This document shows positions 38,919 to 49,953 of a DNA stretch of 64,000 nucleotides, piece after piece. The first letter of the stretch is position 1; each line of letters starts with the position of its first letter. Origin of the DNA: Sphagnum compactum (taxonomy: Eukaryota). The stretch spans positions 31,362,213 to 31,426,212 of the forward strand of contig OZ234493.1 in NCBI GenBank assembly GCA_965153455.1, written 5' to 3'. A program made the translations under genes and the position numbers. The notes beneath the pieces are model-generated. The model did not search any database. It was not told the origin of the DNA and saw only the letters and a list, made by a program, of their open reading frames with translations.

Positions 38919-39939
38919 GTGAATGACACATAGAATATTGTGAGGTCTAGCAAATAGTTTACAAATAGTTTGCCACGTCATTGGGCATGTCACGCCATGC
39001 CCAATGACGTGGCAAAATCTCTCCGGTGTGCCCTACACATCAGATTAATAGGCACTCGTTAGAACCCCCCACTTGTGACCACCTGCCACTCATTTAGGCC
39101 CTCCCAACTGTTCCATTCCCTAATACATAACTAATGGACAAAATATATGATCAATGAGAAAAAAATGTTCGCCCACACAACGTACTTTTATTTTTATTTT
39201 TCAATTTTTGATTTCACATAAATTGGCAATTTTTTGCTGAAAAAACACATCTTGCATAGTAAAGACTTTTTTTTTTGGGTTTTTGAAGTTTTAATCCCAA
39301 AAATTTCTAAAATGTTATAAAAATTCCACCACCCAAAAGAGGAAAAAAAAGGGGTCATGCACATAGCTGGTCACAAACCCTTATATGCAAGAGAAAGTGA
39401 TACACATTAGGGTTTACATTATTTGATCACTAACAACTTAAAATTGTTTACTTAACAATGCAATACGGACATGTAAAGGTAAGTAAAATTTAACTTCAAA
39501 TTTTATAAGTTGACTTCAATTTTACAACACTTTGTGTGTAGACCTAGGTTAACCTTTTGGCTAACATCATTGCATGATGTTGTTCATTAACCATCACTTC
39601 ATTTTCAATCAGAAGTTTCATTGATCTCATTATTTCATTTGAGCATCTTGTTCACTTCATTCGCTAGTCTCTTTCATTTTACTTTCTTATTCATTTCATC
39701 TCTTTTGTTTCGCACACTCATCTTCTTTTGCACATCCACCTGCGATCTTGCTTTGCACATTATTTTATCCTTTTTTGACGATTTGTTATCTCTTTTAAAA
39801 TTTTCATTGTTTTCTTTTAAAATTGCAGTGTTGGATTACAAGCATGTGATTTTTGTAGGGCTTTTTGTGTACTTGATAAATTGTTGTAAAAGTTATTATT
39901 GCTTCTAGTTGCAACTTTTTAGTGAAATGTGTTTGCAAC

Positions 39940-40970
39940 AATAACTTTCAACTTTCTATTGACATCTTTGTGTTTCCATCAAAGTCAACTTGTCTACAAC
40001 ATGGGATTGTTTCAAACATAACTTGGACATTGGGTGAACTTGAGGTTGACTACTTAATTTTGATCTTCCTCCTCATAGAAGACAACAACAAACATTGGTT
40101 GCAAAATTTTTGAATGAAGGAATATACTTTGTTTTATGTTGTTAATCAACTCAAGCCTTTGCTTCAAAAACATGACACATGATACAAACTCATCATTCTA
40201 GTTGAGGTTTGAGGGGCATGTGCTTTGAACAAAATTATTCAAGGTTACAACTTGTTGATTTGTAATGAATTGTTTGTTGTAATTTGATTGATAGTCTTGC
40301 TTGTGCTCAGAGAAATCATAATTGTGATCAACATTGTCTTCAAGAAGGTATTCATTTAACCTACTGGAACCAAGATGCAAGTAATAATGTAAAGTTTTAA
40401 AACTTTATGTGGTCTCCTGAACATTCAAGGGGCCATAGATGGTACAAAATTTTCAATTTCATAGCTTGATAGACCTTTTAGTGAGAATTAAATTTATCCC
40501 AAGATAGGTGGTTATAACATTAAGTGTCAATCTATTGTAAACAACTGCCAAATGTTTACTAACCTATTTGTTAGTCTTCCAAGGAGTGTGAATGACTTTA
40601 AGGTTCTTAGGAAATTTGGAGTTTATGTTAATGTTTAACATGGATTTTTTCATGAAGACAAACATAAAGACAATTTTATTCATAACCTATTGGGAGATAT
40701 GGGGTATCCCTAATATCTTGGTTGATGACACCACATAAAGAAGGTGAAACAAACATTCTTGAGATGCTTTATAATAGGAAGCATAGATGAGGACAATAAG
40801 TTGTAGAAAATGCATTTAGCATATTTTAAAAAACTTTTCATGAACTATAAAGGAAGATAGAAATGCAGATTTCTATTGTTCTAGATTTGGTTCCTTGTTG
40901 TAGTTTGTTGCATAAAATTATAATTAGTCGTCATAAAATAAATGTGGAACAAATCTTGAATTGTTACAAG
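39940..40970 (+). pseudogene. PIF/Harbinger (DDE_Tnp_4, HARBI1-like) transposase remnant
   Basis: NIQGAIDGTKF (~40420), GYNIKCQSIV..FTNLFVSLPRSVNDFKVLR, LLGDMGYP (~40687), YNRKHR..VVENAFSI, with multiple stops. The 5' boundary is approximate. Confidence 0.88.
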
Positions 40971-41249
40971 AGGTTTATGTTGTGGAAGACTTTACACAAA
41001 ATCATTAAGCACGAGAATATGAAGAAAAACATTGGAAGATAAGAAGTTTTTGGTGTGAACATCAATGTGCCAAGGGGGTGACAAAGGAATTTGGCTTGAA
41101 AATGTTAATCAATTATGCTTTGAATAGGTACACAAATATGAGCACATTGTTTTGTTTGAAATACTATGAACAATTCTATGTAGTATGTATATGTACGTAG
41201 TTGAAAGTTTCAAAATGTTACAATGAATCCTCAAACCATTTCTTTGTCC

Positions 41250-42340
41250 CCTTTGCCTATAGGCTTATGAATTTTAGCAACATTATCAAATTGGTATTTT
41301 GCTTCCACTTTGTGTATGTCATGCCCATGACTTGAGTTAGCATGAAAATTGCTTGGACCATTTTTATTTAATTTTCAAATTCTTTTGTGTTTTTGACTTC
41401 AACATCTCTTTGTTTGAAATACTCAATTTTGTTGGCTTTGAAGCTGTTCTTACCCTTTTTTATGGAGCTTTTCAATGTCTAGATTAGTAAAACAATTGTT
41501 ATCAATTGAATTTTTTATTGATGTCATTTGTATTTTGGTGCTCCTTTTGGTTGCTTCCACCATGCTATTGTTTTCCATACAAGTTTTTTGTTGAACACCT
41601 ACATTTTTGAATGGTCTTCGATTAACAATAGGCGGAGGTTTGGGAGTTTTTATTAATGCATATGAATCCTTGTTTGGTGGATTATCTTCATGCATGGCAT
41701 CATTCAAGGAATCTTGAAACTCTCCTAGGCATATATTGAGTTTTCTTTGGTATTTGGTGTTGGAGGAGTGTGCATTATTTGTGTTTGGAATCAATTTTGT
41801 AGGTGGTGTACATGACTCCAACTTGTTCACATTTCACCTTGGTAAGATGAAAATAGAAATCAATAACATAGTTGTTTCTTCCTTGAAATAGAATTGTAGC
41901 AATATGATGTCATTGGGAGTCACAAAATCATGTACATGTAGAGAGTGAAACATTGGTTGAACCCCCATGAATGCATTGATAATTTCATAGATGACCTTGT
42001 TGTAATGTTAACATACATTTTGATTTTTTTTTTGTCCGAGGTGAAATCCCAGTATGATTTATTATTTCTTATGAGGACATGTAATTGAAACATTGCATTT
42101 AAAGTCTCCATAAATTGCACCCTATTTATTTTTGCATGTTGCATTGTTTTGTAGTAGAGGTGAATGCTTGTTTGTATTCATGATGTTTACAATCTTGTGT
42201 CATTTAGAGTTTGTGGTCTCAAACTAGTCGTTTGGGTGAATTAGATCCAATCTTGTTATGTGTTTAAAAAAAAGAAAAATTAACATGATGATTTCTTGGT
42301 ATTCCTAGTTTGGTTGCCATGGCTTCTTTGTTTGCATCTT
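41250..42340 (-). pseudogene. PIF/Harbinger ORF1 Myb/SANT (trihelix-like) DNA-binding protein remnant, convergent with the transposase
   Basis: Minus strand: (W)EYQEIIMLI..FETTNSK(W)HKIVNIMN..NATCKNK(W)GAIYGDFK..NKSYWDFTSDKK..YNKVIYEIINAFMG, with tryptophans decayed to stops. Low-complexity and coiled-coil-like C-terminal part. Confidence 0.75.
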
Positions 42341-42768
42341 GTTGGTCAACTCACAAGTGGAATTCAATGTTAGTTCAACACCAACATTATTCATTTTGTT
42401 TTTGAATTTTGCCCTCATTAGTTCTCCTCTGTAATTTGTGACCTCTTCTTGAATTTTGTGATCCATGACCTCTTTCTATGACAATCTTGATTGAGTCTCC
42501 ATATATTTTTACAAGTTCCATGTCAGCAAGTTGAATGCATTTAAAATTTTGTGTTTGTTTCGTATCACATGTGTAAGTCAATTGGTTCTCACTCTCTTTT
42601 ACATTGTCAAATTCCATGGCGAAGCTACTAGCCCCTTGTTATCAAGACATGTTGAATGCTCTCAAATACTCAAAGTTGTGAAGGTAGAAGTGTCGTGAAG
42701 ATTCGTAGAGACATCATGAAGGTTATGAAGCTATTGCAATAGGAACTTCAGTCAAAGCTCTGTTGTAT

Positions 42769-42842
42769 GTTAGTTATGAAGCTTTGTAGCCATGCTCCAA
42801 GTTTCGTTAGTTATGAAGCTTTGTAGCCATGCTCCAAGTTTC
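42769..42842. repeat. Perfect 37-bp tandem duplication
   Basis: GTTAGTTATGAAGCTTTGTAGCCATGCTCCAAGTTTC x2. Confidence 0.95.
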
Positions 42843-44220
42843 ATAGGATCATGCGAATGGACTGATTTGTGATCAGATTTTTGAAATATAACTTGCCACA
42901 AAGTTATTAGGTCAATTTTCAGCCTATCAATTTAACAATTGGTTTCCAATGCATTTTGGTTTTCTTTTCACAACAATTTAACATTGTTCTTTGTTCTTTG
43001 ACATTTTTTGGTAACATTGTTTCAACAACGATTGCCACATCCGATGCCATGGATGGTTGTATCTTTCTTGTTTTCTGACATTCGTTAACCATTGCTTTTA
43101 ACTTGAGATGTGAACGAACTATTAGTACCAAACCACAACTACTGAAAATAATATTCATTCCACTAGGGACAATCAACATTTGTCATGACAATGGTGCCAA
43201 ACATCCAACTCACTTTAATTTTGTTTTGAATTTTCAGTGTTTCCTCCATGTGGCTAGGTTGCTCATATGGTGACTTCAGTTTAGAACAAGTTGATCCCAT
43301 GGAGATATAAAATAACTTTACTGTAGAAATTATTGACAACAACACTATTGTGAAATGTCACTAATTGATAAAATTTCTGAGCTCAAGTTTTGATTACTTA
43401 CTTTACAACTAAGCGCCATTGCACAAACTTTGAAAATAAACATTCAGTTTTTTTACAAAAGAAATTTGAGCAATTTATTGATTCATAAGGTTATTATAAG
43501 TGTTGTTCCCAGTCTTTTATTTAAATATGTGATCAGGGTTTTTGCAACTTGAATTGAAAACTAAGGTGTTTGATTAAGTTGAAAAAATCTGCCAAACCCG
43601 AAACTTAATATTGAGAACCCAGAGACTAGAACCAGTGTTGGGTGGTTGTTAGAAACATGAACATACCCCAATGGTTATCAGAGCAGTTCTTATGATTGAT
43701 AACCATTATTCTTGACTTCAAATGAGTTGATATTCACAACAGTCTAGAACCAGACAACAACTGGTTTTCACTTTTAAGAGAAACTTTTTTTGTTAACTAG
43801 TTTTAGTAGTGTAAAACACATGAGATGTTGAATAGTAGTCAGGTTTTACAAACTCCAGGAAGTTGGAAACATACAAGTAAGCTTTCAGTGAATCAGCACA
43901 TACCGCAGGATCAGCCACATAGAATGGTTTTAGTCCAAAATTGAGGATATCCATTATGCTTTGAAAACTCTTTGTCGATAGTCACAACTAAAAACAGTTT
44001 GCAGAAAAAATTGCATATAACTATACCGAGTGGGAGGAAAGATAACACTATTTCAGGGTAGGTGATAAGTTGAGGTCTGTTTGCAACTTAGATGGCAGAT
44101 CTGCATAACTAAATCTGGACCTACTGCAAGACCAGGTAGCTTTCTGTAATGCCTTTCATCAGTACAGCAAATTCAAAACTTCTTCAGGCCAGACAAAACT
44201 GGGGGATTGGTCATGGAGGC

Positions 44221-47200
44221 TTACATCCGATCTTCTCTCTGTCTGGGTGCGCACCGGATGATCTCATCCACACGTAGGATCATCTCTGCAGCCTCTGTAG
44301 CTGACAAAAGCACTGCCTGTTTAACCTTGAATGACTCATAAATGCCAAGCGCCTCCATATCGCCCACCTGCCAGAACAATTCGTTCGAAATTCAGCATCC
44401 TTCAGAAACAGGAACTAACAAAGAAGAACAAAGGCATGTTACCTCAAAATCCTCCAGGTCTACGAACTTCCTTTCCTTCCTTTTCTATTTAATGATGACT
44501 GTTAATTTTTAAAAATTTGATGCGAGTGAAGCCTTCAGAACTCGTCACCTTCCTTTCCTCAAGAGTTCTGAAGGCATTATTCACAACAAAGGGGGGGCCA
44601 AATTCATACAAAAAGCAGAAACTTAGAGAAGAAACTCATGACTCGCCTCGCCAGTGATGACATCAATACCGGCCTTGCTGTGGTCTCCAGAATGGGCAGC
44701 ACGCAACTGGGAGACTAAGTCAGCACTATCCAAGCCAGCATTATCAGCTATGGTTATAGGGATTGCACGCAATGCAGATGCAAATGACTCCATAGCAATC
44801 GATTTCTTGCCAGGGGTTTTGCGAGCAAGCTCATCAACATGTTTGCCCATGAGAATCTCAGGCCAGCCACCTCCCAGGAGCACACGGCTGTCCTGGACTG
44901 TCTGCACCAGCACACATAGTGCATCATGCAGCGACCGCTCAGCTTCATCCAGCACGTGTGAACTGCCAATCACCATAAGAAGATCAGCATTTTGAATGCC
45001 AATGAATTCACCGATCTAAGGTCTGTGAAAAGTGACAATCCTGAGATTGAGAAAGCCACCAGTAACAACAGCTAAACAAGTAAGACCAACAGTAAAACTG
45101 CTGCAAGTTACAGGCTTCTATCTAGCATTGTCAATTAAGTTCTCTTTGGAGGACTACAAATTCCTCAGAGTACTAAATAACTTCCCAATGGTGTGTCAAA
45201 CAGGAAAATTGATCTCAAGAGTGGAGAAAACAGGGAAATGATGGATAACTGATAGAGACCTTTCTGATGATGTAGCTCATCCAGCCACTTGCTAGCAATC
45301 TATATCCTCTTCAGCACAAAGCAGCCCTCCTAATGCACCTTAGGTTTCCAAGGATCACCTATTCTCTATCAAAGCACTGTTGGACTAGTTGAGGAGCTTA
45401 TCATAGTCAAGTCATTTTCCATTCTCCTTGCTCATTATTAGAAAGTAGGGGTTTGTAGTCCTGCAGTTTCTCAACAGACATCATCCTCACACAAAAAATC
45501 ATTAACAGCTAGTCGTAAGGAAGAGAGTGATGAGAAAACAGGTCAATCACCTGGCTCCACGGAGAACAATAGTACAGGCCTGGCCCAGTTCAACACCTGA
45601 AAAGTGGATGAGTCTATCTTCACCAATCATGATCTCCTCAATGAGCTTGCAGTGCCCAAGCTTTACAGACTCAGGACTGTCAAAGGTTGATGTAATTTCA
45701 CCCCCTGTTACAAGAGCTAACCGCTCAATGCCCTCAAAATCAGCATGCTCAATGGCCATAATGCCAGCATCTGCAAATAACTCTTCTGGGTAGTTATATA
45801 TGAGTTGACGGTTTACAAAGCAGTTGATTCCATGCTTAATGATTTGGCCCACTTTGTTCTTCATCTTGGTCTTTTCTGCTGCTTCAATATCAGCTACTTT
45901 TGACATTGCATCCACACGCACACGTGCACCATAGATCTTGACTTTGTCTGTGTCCATAGCTGTATTAGCAACAAGGATGTTTGCATTCTCAATTCTCTTG
46001 GGCTGTCCAACTCCAATCTTCTTGTCAAGAATGAACCTGCACTTCATCAACAATTGACAAAGATGACAGATTGCTCATGACAAGAATCAGAGCCTATGAG
46101 GTTCTCCATTTTTGACCCCTAAAGCCAGTGAAGAACTGGTGGTGATGTTGATTTCATTACCAGAATGAATACAGAGAACAAGAAGCCATTGCCACAGTGA
46201 GAAAAGAAGGGACCCACATACCCCTCATCCAGATATGAATCCTTCAGTGAACCTCCCGCCTTCTTGATGATTTGAATTGCTTCCATGTTGGAACTTCCCT
46301 GTGGTCAGAGACAAGGACAACCTCAACAGAGATCACAGCCACAACGAAAATTGTTCATAATTGAAGATGATCTGTACATGAGTTATTTCACTTTAGTGCA
46401 ACAATCCAAAAGGGTGGGATCAGGTAGGTATATGAAAAATCCCTGTTGCATACTGAATTCACTACAAGGACATACTGAGCTCCCTCAAAAGGATCACAAA
46501 ACTACATTACACCCAGGGTAAAGATAATCAAGCAAGTGTACCTTCAACCGCAAGACTGCATCCACAGCGAGGTTAGCAAAATGCTCCTTGTCCTGAGACA
46601 AAATTTTGGAGCTCAGCGTTGTCATTGCAATGTTACAGAGGTCAGACCGAAACTTCTCTGCAGTATATAACACACAGATCACAGTTGTGACATGAGTTAC
46701 AATACAGCAAATGACATTGAGAAATGTCAAGAAAACACTGTGATTCTCAAGCAAACCTTGATGCAGGATTCAAAACAGTGTTTACCTATATCCTCTCTGT
46801 TGTCACGGACACTATTTTCTAGAGCGGTACGTGCTGTTTCAGCTGCAATTCGGTAACCTGCAAATCTCAAGCAACCCATCAGCAACCAGAGCATGTGACA
46901 TCTCATGCAAACCAAGGAGCCCAATCCAAGCTTGTACTCACTTGCTTGGTGGATTCCTCTTCTATTAGACCTTCTGGTGCAAGCAAATGAAAAAGGTATT
47001 CAGAGGAAGCCTTTTAGAAGATACCAGCAATTATGGTCATGGGGTGGATCTTGAGGGCAACTAGCTTCTCAGCTTCTCTCAGTAATTCACCAGCCAGCAC
47101 CACAACAGAGGTCGTCCCATCCCCAACCTCATCATCCTGAACTTTGGAAATGTCTGTTGCCACTAGCTCCAGTTAGATATCCCTCTCTCCTCATGAAATA

Positions 47201-49953
47201 AATACCTTGTGAGTTAGCACATGCAGTTGTCATAGCATGTGAAACTAGTTAGGCCATGACACTTTCTCATTCTTGGTTCTAATCAACATTAGATATCATT
47301 GAGAGTGTTCAAGAGTATCTTGAAAAGGCCCAGCAAAGGTTTGACCCCTCCATGATCGCAATCACATCTGTATCAAAGCCATGAACTATGGAACTCATAT
47401 GGACCCTGTTTAAGAAGACCAACAGCTTCAAACTTTGAATTCTCCTTGAAATAGCAGTGGGAAACAACATCAACGTAACTAGAATAAAGAGGGCATACCA
47501 ACAAGAACTTTTGCTGCTGGGTTGTCAACATGCAATGACTTCAAGATGGTTGCCCCATCATTTGTGACTGTAACACCATGGCCTCTACCAGTTGACTGCA
47601 AGATCTTGTCCTGCAAGAAAAAGTATTGCTACAGCATTCAAAAGAATATCACATGACAATTTCTCCTCTCAAGGGTTTCAAAGCCTGATGATTACCATAT
47701 ACTTTTTGTTCTGCTGCTTCAAGACTTACTCATTAGTCTTGACCACAATATAGGTGCAGGATGTGCAGATGTTTGGAAAGAAAGAACTCACCATTCCCTT
47801 AGGACCAAGAGTTGTTTTTACAAGATCTGCTATTGCAATTGCTCCAATGAAAGATGCCTGCATGCCCAATAGAGACTTCAACTTTTTTGGAACAAACAAG
47901 AAGACGAGTGCACAAGTGGCTTGGCATTAGTATGCTTGAACTTACTGGATCCGGCATGGCTTCAAAACTCTCACACAAAGAAGTTCAATACTCCAAGGGA
48001 GAGACAATAAAACAATGAGCAAAAGAGAGGCCAATAACTAAGTACAAAAAATTGTTCACTGCAGAGAGTTCCGTGTATCTGTCAGGATAACTTCCTGTTC
48101 CTCACAAGTACCAACATGCAGTAGTATCGCCAGGAGAAACCCAAAAATCATCCAGAGCAGCCCCCCTTACTGAACCTTCCTCAGAATTCATACAGTGATA
48201 CTACAACAATCAAAGGCACCATCTGGACTCTAGAATCTAACATTCTTGTTTTTCTTTCATGACTGCCACATATTCAGGACTGATTGTGGGATATGAAGTA
48301 GAATTTGGAAACTGGACTTGGCTCCTCAAATTTACATAACCATTTTCTGTTTACTCTAAAAGAAACTGCTTCCCACATGAAACACTTTAACTCCAAAGAC
48401 AGGTGTGATAAACAGAGAGGAGAAATAATAAGGAAAAATAAGGAGGAGGAGGAGGTATAATGGAAAGACCATTCTGGCACGCTCGCCCTTCTCTTCCATT
48501 GCATCAGCCTTCAACAGTGCATCCCCCTGTTAGCACACCCATCCAATATTCCCAAACAGAAACACAGAAGGAAGCTGTCAGCAAAGTGATGCACACATCT
48601 CCACTGAGAACATGACAATTACTTTTCACGTACATGATGAACCAGGGCAGAAGGCTTTGAGCTGCAAGTTGGTGAGACAAACCATCCCAACATGCTGATG
48701 TGTAGATGACATGAAGTTACAGAGAACCTGATCCACTCTTCAAGAAAGTTGATTGACTGAGCTCAGAACGTTCTCAGGCTATGGAGGCATTCAGATATGC
48801 GCATAAGCAGATGGCAGCTTCCTTTTGATGGGAGTATGACAGAAGAAGGAAACATATACATACTTGTACCCCAGGCACATAAGGAGGAGTTAAAACTCAC
48901 TCCTTATAACTGGGAGCCACAAAATCAAATGTGGTTGGTCCAACAGCCAATTACAGTGTCTGTGCAGAAGAGACAAAAGTTCCACAGATCACAAGCAAGG
49001 TCCTGGTGAGTGAAAGGAAACTGCAAATGGATGGAAACCCTAATTACAGGGCTTCTTCATGTTGTGACATTTGATGGGCTTGGTACCAAATGGCTGATGA
49101 AACTACCTGAAATGAGGAGCTTGGAGTTGCAACTCAGTTCTGTGGTAACTCAGTTCTATCACATGCACAGCAACATGCGGTCCATCACAATGTATGTATG
49201 CTTAAGGTAGTTTGCATCACAATCTACGCTTCAATGTGAATGCTCTGTCAAGTAGGGTTTCAAGAACCTCAACCCTAAAAAAACTTCTAGCTCACTTTCC
49301 ACTAATAAGGGCAGATGGCGGCGGAAAGACGAGTATGGGAAAAGACGAGTGTCGTTTCTGTCTCTCTTTTCTGTGAAGAGCTATGGTCGCTATTGTTTGA
49401 TTTGCAGCTAGATAGGGTTTAAGCGAAGGCGAAGAAACGAAGACTTCGGTCGTTCTTATAGCCGCGGCTGCAGTCATACGGGCCTAGAAAATCTAATGAG
49501 AATTCTCAAACTTCGTTTGAGAATTTAGCTAAAATACACACGGGTTTGCAATGAAACAAACGATCGCTTTTGTGGGGCGGCGGCTCAAAAGAACAACGAA
49601 TGCAAATACATCGGTAGTCCCTGGATGCAGAATGCTTCGTCTTACTACTGGAGAAGCAAAGCAAAAGCTCCTCCAAGATGAAAACTGTTGCAAGAACCAA
49701 ACCATGAAAGCAAGATCCGAGACCAAAAATACATATACCTAGTCAAGTATTGAAGAACAACCCGGAATATCTTCTCAAGAGTGTTCTCTCTCTCCCTCTC
49801 TCCCTCTCTCTCTCTCTCTCTCTTCTCCTCAGAGCCGAACACCGGAACAAAAAAACTACCAACGATAACAACAAGGGCTTCCAAACGCATTTCTGCACCA
49901 AATTGAGATAGGAAAAGAGCGTCAGGAACCGGAGATCATACCCCATGCGCCAT
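44221..49953 (-). CDS. CCT2: T-complex protein 1 subunit beta (chaperonin CCT/TRiC beta), 11 coding exons, 529 aa
   Basis: Hand-spliced exons: 49942-49953 (MAHG, least certain), 48470-48526, 47792-47857, 47499-47610, 47025-47153, 46786-46857, 46542-46657, 46222-46298, 45551-46036, 44647-44962, 44221-44367. Total 1590 nt, with phases consistent throughout. Motifs: [68 protein letters not shown], and C-terminus [21 protein letters not shown], as in plant CCT-beta. All introns are GT-AG except the last (GC-AG). Confidence 0.97.

Noticed and set aside
44654-45793. Plus-strand ORFs 44654-44995 and 45527-45793
   Set aside because: These are antisense shadows of CCT2 exons.
48632-48701. Box C (ATGATGA) / box D (CTGA) pair with a short terminal stem, resembling a C/D snoRNA
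   Set aside because: It is antisense to the CCT2 intron that contains it, the stem is only 3 bp, and no rRNA-complementary guide was recognised.
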